DNA from: Phoronis australis
Lineage: Eukaryota > Animalia > Phoronida
Assembly: GCA_002633005.1 (NCBI GenBank)
Contig: NMRA01000169.1
Span: 219,884 to 283,883 of the forward strand
DNA length: 64,000 nucleotides
Direction of reading: 5' to 3'
Shown piece after piece: positions 11,332 through 23,300 of the stretch (its first letter is position 1; each line of letters begins with the position of its first letter). The notes below the pieces were generated by a model. The model was given only the letters and a program-made list of their open reading frames with translations. It ran no database searches and had not been told where the DNA came from. The position numbers were made by a program, and so were the translations under genes.

Positions 11332-14300
11332 TCACGTGTCACCTTCAAATGCCACCTCAGACTGCGAGTGAACATAGAAGGGTCCCTCCTTGACATAGGT
11401 CTTTAGCCTCAGAAAATACGGCTGTCCAAAAATCGAGGAACAAGTTGTCGATTCTGTCAACAGTTTCACAATTTCATACTTAAGTTCTTTTCCTTCTTTT
11501 GTACGCTCCGTTGACCTGTTTAGTAGGAATTCGTTAAATCCTGGGTGGTTGTTGAGTTCGGTTTGTCCCCACGGCAACAAGGCAAGTGATTTAATTACTA
11601 GCAAAGCCTGTAGATGGAGCTCCACAAAAGGTTGCTGAATAGTAGACATGAAGTATTCCACAGGGTTTGGTAGCAGTCTTTGGTACCAGTTTTTCGTCAG
11701 TGACAGAAGTTCCTCCGTTTGGTGGCAGAACTGTAAAAAATTAGCTCTTTGATTCAGCCAATAAAATCAGCTAAATAAATGACTAAAAATCTTGCTTCCA
11801 ACACAAGAACTTCTAGATCTAGAGCACTTATTGCTACGAAATTGGTCTTGAATTTTTTCTAAGCCAAATTAGAGGTAATTTCAGGACTTATAGAACTGAC
11901 AGACTAGCCACTGCACGTCATCTATTAGTAATTTATTGTTGTACAGTGAGGTGCAACAGTGACAAACGAAAACTGAAAACCAAGATGACAATCCTAGCAC
12001 ACTTCATTTCTCTTGTCAAATGTTATGAGCCTCTTTCAGTGAGATAAAATTTAGAAAATATTTCAGCGTATTTTTCATTTCACTTTTCTCAAGAATTTAG
12101 TATCTGACCTCGGGATCTGGAATTTCTTCTTGCACTACAAACAACAGTTGCTATTACGGAAAAAATATTCGCAATACAGCAAAGTACAAAATGTCTGAAA
12201 ATGACAGATAATTTGTAAATAATTACTGCTGAACTGGCATGAATCGACAGTTATATTTGCAAAAAATATTCAGAAATACTGCAGCAAAACACTAGAGATG
12301 AAATTTCAGCCTTAGTCTCAAGTCAATTTCATGATATAGACTCCAGAGCTTGTGTCTAATACGTGAACTTGAATTAAAAGCCAGATTTTATATGTTTGAT
12401 AAATCCTAAGTTATGAACTTATGACAAGTGTCCACTATGATCTGGCCTCCGTTTGTTTTGAAAATTGAACCGGTGATGCTTACTTAATATTCAAAAAAGA
12501 ATATCCAACTGAGACAAGCAAAAATGATGTAGAATTTTTTTCTTTTACTTTTCAAACATTGCTTGGAGAATCATGTTTACCTTTGCTTAATGTGTCTTTG
12601 CTCAGTACCTATTCAAAAAACACACAACATTTGCTGAAATTGATACAGGCAAGTGGCTTTTATAGTCGGTGAGTGCAGGCCTCAAAAATAAAAGACTACA
12701 TTTTTGGCTTTATTCTACACTCGGGTGCACTGTCTTACAGAACCATCTCTCTAAGCCCAGTTCACACTTGATGACCCCGCATTAAAGCTACCTTAAGTTT
12801 AACTCAAGTTTGTAGATGAAATCTCAGGGTTATCAAGGATCTTTTCAAAAGGCTCGATCTGATCAAAATACTCATCTTCTGCACTCTGTGTTACTTTGAT
12901 AAAGTCTTTAGCTGCACCAGGAGTAAACCCAAACAACATTGCCTACCTCAATGTAGAACAGGTTTGCGACAGTTGACATTGTCTTTGCTTTGACCTCTGA
13001 TGCATCATGCTTCAGAGAGAGGCCCAAGGCTTCTATACATGCTGGCATGTAGTTGTCTAGGAAAGAAAATTAGAGGAATGCAGAGCGTTGTTATGTGCCC
13101 ACCATGTCTATCGAATGTTCATTTATCATAGATACAAAGGATGATTACAACATCAAACATTTCCATTAAACAGAGCAGTGCTAGCTTAAAATAGCTTCTA
13201 GAGGGTCATGGTCTCTTTGATAGAAATATATTTACGACTGACATTTCATTAAGTTCCATCCGGGATCTCAAATGACAAAGGGGAAACAGAAAAAAATTGC
13301 CACTAGGGTACACAGCAATAATTTGATCCATCAGAAAGTAGTAAAAATACATTTGCCACATTTAACATTAGGGTAAGGAGATACAGCCATGGACGCAAAC
13401 AACAAAACTGCCACTAGGAAAAGCCACTGTAGACGGAACTGTTTGAAAATCGTCATCAACCATACTCTTTCGATCCTTATTAGTGATTTGGCCTATTGAG
13501 GGACCAACAACAGACTCAAAAACAATAAAAAATGATCATTAAGTGGCACAATATATATGTCAAATTCATTCAAAAACATGAAGGTGACATCATCTTTCTA
13601 AAAGATACCTATCTGCCGTAATAGGAACTCTGAAGATAAAGAGGCAAACATAAAAACCGAAAATTGCGGTCCCAACTACGAAAGGAACATATCTGCAAAA
13701 TGTTCCAAACATACATCAAGGGATTATGGAGATAAAGCAGCGGGTGCCAGACGGACGCTGGACAGAGATGACTGCATAATGCACTCACATATCAATACCA
13801 TGGCGCATAAAAATACACAACCTCTCAACGGAAGTAACTGCAATAAAATAGCATACCATTCACATTTGGTATTATTTAATTCAAACAATCACATTGGTAT
13901 TGAAACAAAAATAACATAAAAACTTAAAGCACCATGTAACGTCATCTTTGAAAATCAGGGTCGAGTCCTTTGTTTTGGTTTCTTAAAGCCTATCTTCAAC
14001 GGTAACACATTTAATTTTGGTTCCTACAGTAAGTTGGGAGCATCACTCTGAGCCCACTAGTGTCATAAATTGCCAAATGTAACGAACTATTAGGCGTATT
14101 GGCTTGCTTTTGTCTACGTCACCGCCAGAACCATCTTTTAATTCAAACAGCTGCGAATAACACCCGCATGCATTGGTGTTCTATTAAGACCCCTATTCAA
14201 TACATTTTGTTGTTTGTGCTGGGATCTCGCGGTGACGCAACATGGCATGAAAAGGCAGCTTCACTTATGATTTGCCTGATTGAACTCGCATTTTCTTATA

Positions 14301-17300
14301 CTATTAAGGCTTAGTCTGTCTAAAGTAACAAAATTCCATTGAAGTTAGGCTTTAATACTGCGCACTAGCATTCCTAACACCATGGACTGAGCATGATTTC
14401 TTCTCATGAAAGCCTCGTTTTACAGGACTCTTTACAGTCTAACTTAGCAACAGTGTTTCACATTGACGTAATGAAATCTACAATCATGGAAAAAAAAGCA
14501 TAGCACAAAAACCACTTATTAGTAAAATTTACAAACCATGTTTATGTAATGCCTGCTTTCCCTCGCACGATTTTCCTACAAAGCCAATGGTCTCTATGGC
14601 AACACTTTTGAGGGACAAATCTTCACTGGAAACCTCGTTGAAAACGGTGCGCAAGAACAGAGGATAGTTATCACAAACTTGAGTGGGTTGTATTTGCGTT
14701 GCAGCACCAAAAAACTTGATGAGCCCTGGAACATGAAAAAGTCAATTGTCACAAAAGCTGAACCACTCTGTATGTCAATTTCTGGACAGTGATGCCTTTT
14801 TACTTATTGCCTGTACACAATTTGTTCATAAAATAAATAATCAAAAAATCATAAAGTCTACGAGTTACTTCCCCAGACAAACAGTACACAACACCTGAAG
14901 ATGAGAAAGCGAGGATCGGGTGCAGAGAAGCATTGATAGTTAGAGATGAGAAGATCATACAGTCAGTACTCTCCGATTTAGCACATAATATGGCGGACAC
15001 AATAATCTTATAATTGTCATATTTCTCAAACAAGAGCAATGCAGAGCAATGATAAGAGCCCACTGCATGGATCGCATATAGCGCAGATACAAGGGATGGT
15101 TATTGGTCTCACTAAATTGAGCAATGCTAAGCTTACAATAGCATCTAGGGGGTGCATAGCAAGTCAGCAATGCTCCCTCAATTGGAACACACTTGACAAG
15201 ACCGTGGAAAAATTAAAACTGGCCCTGGGAGCACAGTGGTAATCAGATACCTCCAAACATCGTCATCTGTTGTCAATGATAGATTGCACTTGCCAAATTT
15301 CACAAAGATCCAGCAGCAAAAAACAACTGCAAATGCTACAGGGCGCCCTTGCAGATAAACTGCCCAAAAATAACAAACATTACTTTCCCCACTAGGAACA
15401 CATTTTCATTACGATTCTTAGAGTGTTTTGTCCAGTAGAGAGATGGGCGCCAAAAACAGACTAATATATAATAAAAAATGGCCACTACGAGGCATACACT
15501 ACACGNTGGAAACCTCCTTGAAAACAGTGCGCAAGAACAGAGGATAGTTATCACAAACTTGAGTGGGTTGTATTTGCGTTGCAGCACCAAAAAACTTGAT
15601 GAGCCCTGGAACATGAAAAAGTTAATTGTCACAAAAGCTGAACCACTCTGTATGTCAATTTCTGGACAGTGATGCCTTTTTACTTATTGCCTGTACACAA
15701 TTTGTTCATAAAATAAATAATCAAAAAATTATAATGTCTACGAGTATGTGTTGTCGATCGTATTTACTTCCCCAGACAAACAGTGCACAACACCTGAAGA
15801 TGAGAGAGCGAGGATCGGGTGCAGAGAAGCATTGATAGAGATGAGAAGATCATACAGTCAATACTCTCCAATTTAGCACATAATATGGCGGACACAATAA
15901 TCTTATAATTGTCATATTTCTCAAACAAGAGCAATGCAGAGCAATGATAAGAGCCCACTGCATGGATCGCATATAGCGCAGATACAAGGGATGGTTATTG
16001 GTCTCACTAAATTGAGCAATGCTAAACTTATAGCATCTAGGGGGTGCATAGCAAGTCAGCAAAGCTCCCTCCATTGGAACACACTTGACAAGACCGTGGA
16101 AAAATTAAAACTGACCCTGGGAGCACAGTGGTAATCAGATACCTCCAAACATCGTCATCTGTTGTCAATCATAGATTGCACTTGCCAAATTCCACAAAGA
16201 TCCAGCAGCAAAAAACAACACTGCAAATGCTACAGGGCGCAATTGCAGATAAACTGCCCAAAATCACAAACATTACTTTCCCCACTAGGAACACATTTTC
16301 ATTACGATTCTTAGAGTGTTTTGTCCAGTAGAGAGATGGGCGCCAAAAACAGACTAATATATAATAAAAAATGGCCACTACGAGGCATATACTACACGTC
16401 GAATCCATGTGAAAACGAAAAGGTGTCATCGCCTCATTAACAGAAACCTATTTGACAAACTACATAAAAATCCACAAAATGAAGCTCTAAAAACAGAGGA
16501 AAACAGAAAAAAACATATTTGCCAAAAGGGGGCACAGCAGGAGTCGAACACGGTCAAACATGGTTATTTGTTGTTATCCTCATATAAATACACTTGCCAA
16601 GTTTAGCAATATTGCAGAGTGTTTATGAGATACAGCCACAGACACTACAAAAATAGAACTGTCACTAGGAGGCGCCAGAGTAGTCGGCACTGGCAAAAGT
16701 TTTCATCACATGTCCTCTTCCCAGTAAGATTTATGTCAATTTTCATGATTATCCTAAGAGTGGTTTGCTGACAGAGGGGCGAACGCCAAAAAAAAAACAG
16801 GCTAAAAAATAAGAAAATCAGCCACTAGGTGGTGTGTACGTACTATAATGTCAAATCCATGGAAAGATGTTATCATCTCTTCAATAAAAATTTATGTACC
16901 AAATTTTATAAAAATCTGTCCAGGAATTCCAAACATACAGACCAAACAGTAAAAATAAAATTGTCACTAGAGGGCACAGCAGTTGTTTGATCCATCCAAA
17001 AGCTTTTGTCACTTGTTGTCGCCTTCACATGAATACACTAGCCAAATTTAACAAAGATCCCACCGAGGGTTTAGGAGACACAGCTGTGGACGCAAAAACA
17101 AAACTGCCACTAGGCAGAGCCACTGTAGTCGGAGCATTCCTAAAATCATCATCAGTTGTCCTCTTCCCCAAGGAACATATTTGTCAATTTTCATAATCAA
17201 TCTAAGTTTGGCCTGTATAGAGGCAGATGAAAAAACAAACTAAAAAACAGTAAAAATGGCCACTAGGTGGTGCAAAACACATTGAATTCGTTTGAAAATG

Positions 17301-20300
17301 TGAAGGTGACGTCATATTCCTAATAGATATCTATATAATGTCAAATTTCATGAAAATCAGGAAAACTGAAGACACAAAGGCAAAGTTAAACATTAAAACG
17401 CGGAGCATTGAAATGCATCCACAACTACGCCAAAAACGGTTGTTGCTTCTAGGGATGTTTATTTGTATCACAAAAATCACAATTAGATGACACAGAATAC
17501 ATCCAGAAAAGGAATGTATGTATTATGCAAAATTTCATGAACATACATCACAAGATTTTGGAGATAGAACAGTGGACGCCGGACAGACAGAAATCACGGA
17601 ATAAAAATTGCCACTAGGGGGCACACTGGTAGTCGGATCCGTCCAAGAATTTACTCATGAAATACCATCCTTGAAAGGAAAATACATGCAAACTTTCATC
17701 AACATACGTCATGGCTTTTAGAGATACAGAGGCAGATGCCGGATGATCGCTGAACGGATGCCGGACGGACGCCGGACGGACAGAGATGACAGCATAATGG
17801 GCCTACGGTATGTGAGTGCATAATAAAATAGCAAGGTTTCCACTGAACAGATATATCATAAAACCATAGATGATAGACAACAGATTTGTAACTCCAACAT
17901 TTACTTCCGTGCTAGCCAAGAGGCACTGCCACTCTCCTAAAATTTCTGGTGCAGTTTCCAGTTAATGTATTTTGACGAGAAATATTTGCATCTACTTTAC
18001 TGTTCAGTACAATGAAAAAAATATTAATTTCAGCATTGAAACGCTGTTCAAACTCTTCAATAGTAGAAGTGTTGGTATCATTAGTACTTTTGCCAATGTA
18101 CTGGTAATTAATTACAAAATTCAAACTTCAGTGCCGACTGATTAGGTCGTCTGCTTGCCCAATAGCAGCATAGTTATCGGACAGTTTGTGATTTATGGTT
18201 CACATAGGCCTATTGAGAAAACTACGAAAGCATGTTTGTGCAAACTCAAAGGAGTACCTGTGAATGCAAAAGATACTTACATAACGTTTTTGGTTTAGAA
18301 AAAATTTAATGTTGTTCGAATTAAAAAATGTGCCTCTGCAACGATTTGACTAGTTTAACCTTTGCATGTTTATAATTCAACATTCTCAAGTGAGCAGTTC
18401 TTCTGGGAAGTGTTGAGTGGCCCTTAATAGAGCAGTTGGTTGTACTGTGCATGAGCCTTAGTTAAAGCGTGAAATAGTTCTAAAAGAACCGTTGAATAAT
18501 TCAACATAAATCACACTATATACCGTGCTCACTCAACTACTGAAGGTCCTCTTCATTCAAGTTCTCATTAAGGAAGGTTGGATGACAATATCAATGACAG
18601 TTGTAATACCTTTTATAAAAAATTAATGTTACCGTTCTTCAACGTTATCACGAAACCTGCCTCTTTCAGTTCTTGTTCCTGGATTCAGAAGTAACCCTGA
18701 ACCATAGGAAAAAAGACATACAACAAAAACGAATCAAATTTCGAAAATCATCGCCTTCGTACGATTCCGTGTTGCTGTCGCCAGACTGATGTTCCTCTCC
18801 AACATCAATGTCGAAAATCGACGTTATAAGTGATGGAAACTTGTATCCTTTGTCTCTAACTGTACTGATTTTGTCTAATGTTGATAGAGTATAACTTTTG
18901 GTTTTTACAATGCATTAATTGTGTTGCATGCATTCATATTAAATGGCTTCATTCATTGAGTTGAACAGAAAATAAATTAAATGTAACACAATAAAGTTTT
19001 GAAAATACATAGAGCAGTACCAGGACTCCCTAAGAATCGAGCTGTTTTCAAAAACTTTGCGCCATTGGTAATCTTATTGCTTCATGCATTTATGGCGAGA
19101 AAATAATAGACCAAGTATCATGCACGTGTACACTGTAGCAACATTTTGTATCTTATTCTTATTTGGCCAATCTGTTGATACAGTGAATTTCCTTATTTAT
19201 GCCCATTCTGATTTGACCGCAACTTGAGTTTGTTGGGTTCTATCATATATTGGGTAGGCACTGGTGCTTACTCAAATGGGCTTCATTTTACAAACTAGTT
19301 CAAATTGAGTAAGTGAAGTAAATAAACGAAGTGGGTGATTATCATCACCGGAATTTCATCATTAGTATCTTTTGCCAGGTGCTCAACTTTTCTGAGACTT
19401 GGGATCGTCAGATTTGTAAGGTAGAAGTGTTTCACTGGATGTCCAGGTCTGTGGCATTATACTTATACCGGATCAAAATTAAAAAAACGAGATTTTTGTT
19501 TAGATCAGTAGCTGCATGATACACGTTTTACCAGACGTGCGCAGGCAGCGCATGTGGGCCCATTGCACTGATCACTTGGAACCATTTTTATGGTTGTTAA
19601 ACCAAGCTGAGGAGCTTGAAACCTGATTCACAACAAATTTTGGCAGTGGGATTTTCCGAAAAATGCAATTAGTTAACAACAAAGATTGATAGCAATGGAC
19701 TGCAGTTTTGTAGAAGCTCTGTCATAGATTACAGATGCATTACAGAGTGTAAATTTGTTGAATTCTAGCTTTACGATTTCACCTGTTTCGGAGACCAGGT
19801 TTCAACCACTTTTGGGCTATACTAAGCGCCCCTCCCCCCTTCCTGAAGCGACCCTGGCCGCTTGTTAGGGCGAATACGGTAATATTTCCGAAGGGCAATA
19901 CTTAGTATCCTTTATGCATGAGACCCTTTTGTTACATTAGGAGTGGGATTGGTTCATCATGTACCCTACAGGTGGCATAGGACTTTACAAAACTGGTTGA
20001 AGAATTTTGTTTTCGTCATAAACGTTCGTTTGAAAGGCTTAAGTTGGAAACGTTAGGACTTAAGGCGAAAATTTAAAAACCATTTGCGCGCTTACAAAAA
20101 TTTAACATTGAAGAATAAAAACAACCTTCTCATCCCTCTGGTGTTCCTGTTCCATGTTTTCAAAGAAGTTGGTTGCATTTTCATAGATTGCAATTGAGAG
20201 ATTTTGTGCGGCATATATTCGACATGAAATGATTGTGTAACCTGCTGTTGAATTGCGAGATAGATTTTGACTGGTCCAGGTGGTTATTTCTGAAGTATTA

Positions 20301-23300
20301 ATGTAATCCTTATTTATGTTAAAGGTTTTACCAGCGTTCTATTTATTTGTACACGAATGTGAATTTGTTGAAATCGCTGAGATCCAAATCCTGGCCAAAT
20401 GTGCGCATTCTGCTGAGACCAACCATCTGATCAGGGCCAGCGAAGAGTAATTTGGTTAATTCGCTCACTAGACTATGGCTCCTCGTAAGGACAGGAGTTC
20501 ATGAGTCACTACCTTTGGAAGAAATTTCACGGACAATTTTCGCCAAAAAGTTTACCAGATAGTTTTCATCAAAATGGAGAAAACAAAAATCTATTTGTGA
20601 AGACAGGATTACGTAGTAGGCCTACCAGAGCTTCTTAAAAAACATTCATCTCCGAATGGCTTTGAACAAATGTATAAAGTCTTATTGCTGAAACAACTGC
20701 CATTCACGTTGACACAAGAAGTAAGCTTTTCTTCCCACAGCCAATTATGGGGTTTTCAGATGGTATGGAAGCTAATTCCTTTGCATTTCGCGTGTGTAAC
20801 CAAACAACCGGCCACACAGCAGCCGACCATGTTAGCAGATGACGTACTTGCCGGAAATTGCACCAGAAAATTTAGCCAGGTGTCGCCAGTGAATAATGAC
20901 GTAAGAGCTTGCGCGTAAGCTCACAGATTTCGTCAATTGAAAGTATACGGAGTTGGCGGTCCATGCTCTATAGTCTATGATAAAACCAAGTGATAAAATT
21001 CTGAGCATTTCACTGCAAAATGCAATCAACCTTTAAAAAGGGAAAGGAAAATTCTGATGACAATTATTTTTGTGCTAAATTGAAAACAGATTACCAAAGT
21101 TGGGAAGGGGAATGAGAGCCAGTCATAGTGAGGTGGACGCACGTTTTAGAAGGGAAAAAAGGGATGGAATAAGGAAAGGTAGAGAAGGTGAAGAACACGA
21201 CTAGCAATCCAAAGTTTGCAGCTTCATATTGAACTGTTTGAACCTCAATTGAGATTTGTTTCCCTATAGCTCCGTAACAAGCATTGGGCAGATGTGAATA
21301 TTGAGTTTGTGTGTAGAACAGAGTGAATGCCAATACACACAGCCAGCATCTGTAGTCAATAGTCACATCTAAAAATACACCAGCACCACCCTGATTCTGT
21401 GGTATTTACCTAAAATCCTGCGCACAAACCACAATGCTGCACATAACCAATTCAGTTAAATGAATTAGACTTCTTTAGTGAGAAGTATATGGTTTACTTG
21501 TCTCAGAAGTGTGAGAGTGACCTAATCTTTCAAAAACTAGGTCAATATTATCATGCACTTTTCTACCTCCGTAAAAGAGGAGAGTTGAATTCAAGAATTG
21601 AATGTTGCGATTAAATGGTTGTGAAATCTGATCATAAGGGTGGAGCGAATTACAGAGAGCAGATTGAATATTTCAAACTTTGTCAAAATCACAATCAAGT
21701 GAGATGAAAGAAAACAATAACGCCACCTGGTAACAGAAATCCCATCATCGGGTTCGAGCTAACAGATGTCAGCATTTCTTGCAGCTTTTGGAGAACATCT
21801 TGTTGGTTCAGGAACTCAAATCCATGGTCGCACAAAGCCAGTTCCTATGAAATACGACCAAAATACACATTTCAGCATTTCCTGCTAAGTCAAGAAATCA
21901 TTTCAATATCAATACAATTAATTTTATTCTTTCTTGGAGAAAGATAATCATCAGTAAGTTTGTAGATAATTGATTAATCATCTCACAAATGTCCTGCCAA
22001 AAACAATGCATACAAATGACCAATAAATAAGAAGTATTGCATAACACAAGAAGATTAAAATGCAGTCCTCATACTTTGACAACCGGTTCAGATTACATTG
22101 TATGTCTTCAGGTGGCAATAACGAGTTTAAAAGTTTGTTAAGCACATGTGGCGATTTTGTGAGCAGCTAATGTAAACTTAGTAACACTAGGTGATCCGTT
22201 AAGTTTACAGTTGTACACAACAGTTTCACCTTGATCAGTTCCAAAGCATTCAGCTGCACAAGTAGGTCATCTTTGTACACTTCGTTGACAAGTTGTTGCA
22301 ACATTCCACACTCGACAAAGTGGTGGAGAGCATGAGAAGATATCTTGCACATTTCAATCACAACCTGAGAAACAGATGATGGAACTAGACAAAATCAACT
22401 TTCAAGGTTATGTAGGACCTCAGTGACAGGTCTGCACAATAGTAAAATATGTACAAACTATAATAAATAGATTTCAACTCGGCAAAAGTTATATTCGATG
22501 AAAGTAGAAAGCTTGTAGAATTTGATTTTTGACTTAAATTTGTTTTGCAATCAGCTATCAATATTGATACCAGTTATTCAGTGAAAGAAAATGGTTCGCA
22601 AAATTTGGGTTTCCTGTATGTCAGTGAAAAGTCCTACAATGAATGGAGCTACAGCAACAACTTTTCTAAAGAAAGTAGTTCCACAAATAAAGTAGTTCCT
22701 CAAACTGCCATATTGTAAGCTGGGCTGAAATTAAGGTCATTGATATGCCTTGTTCACAAATGTTCTTAGAATGATGTAAATTACTGCCCCAGCTCATCAA
22801 AACAATAAAATAAAGGACATATTCAGTAAATAATCAAAAATAGCATTTGCTCAAATGGGAACAATAAGCTTCCCTCGGACCCTGTTCATAATGATCCCCT
22901 ACGGTTATGCAAATAGACAAAACAACATCCAGTATTTCAAAGGATTCAGGTGAGCTGATGTCTGTAGAACTGCATCACAAGTGCACTGGCGACATAGTTT
23001 GGGGAGGGGGGAAGGTTCAGTATACAACTACAAGACCAGAGAATGGACTCAAGTTTAATGGTATGTCACAATTTGTCACATCTCAAAATTCATTGAAATG
23101 TCAAAGGAAATGCTATTGCTTTATTGGAACTTTTTACATGCGTATAATTCACATCAATTTTGCTTTTATAACATAAGCAAGACAATATTTGAAAAAGGAA
23201 CCACCTCATGAAGCTGCATAAACAACTGTTCAAGCAAGCACGTTGTCACAGAATATCACCATATCACAGGGAATCCATTCTCAGGAAAGGCAATCAAAGA

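Noticed and set aside
15507-15605. Extra or alternative PSMD5 exon 7
   Set aside because: Truncated exactly at the N and nearly identical to the real exon; best explained as an assembly overlap.
18415-18440. Histone 3' stem-loop-like sequence on the minus strand (tgctctattaagggccac)
   Set aside because: Imperfect stem and no histone ORF upstream; probably part of a repeat remnant.
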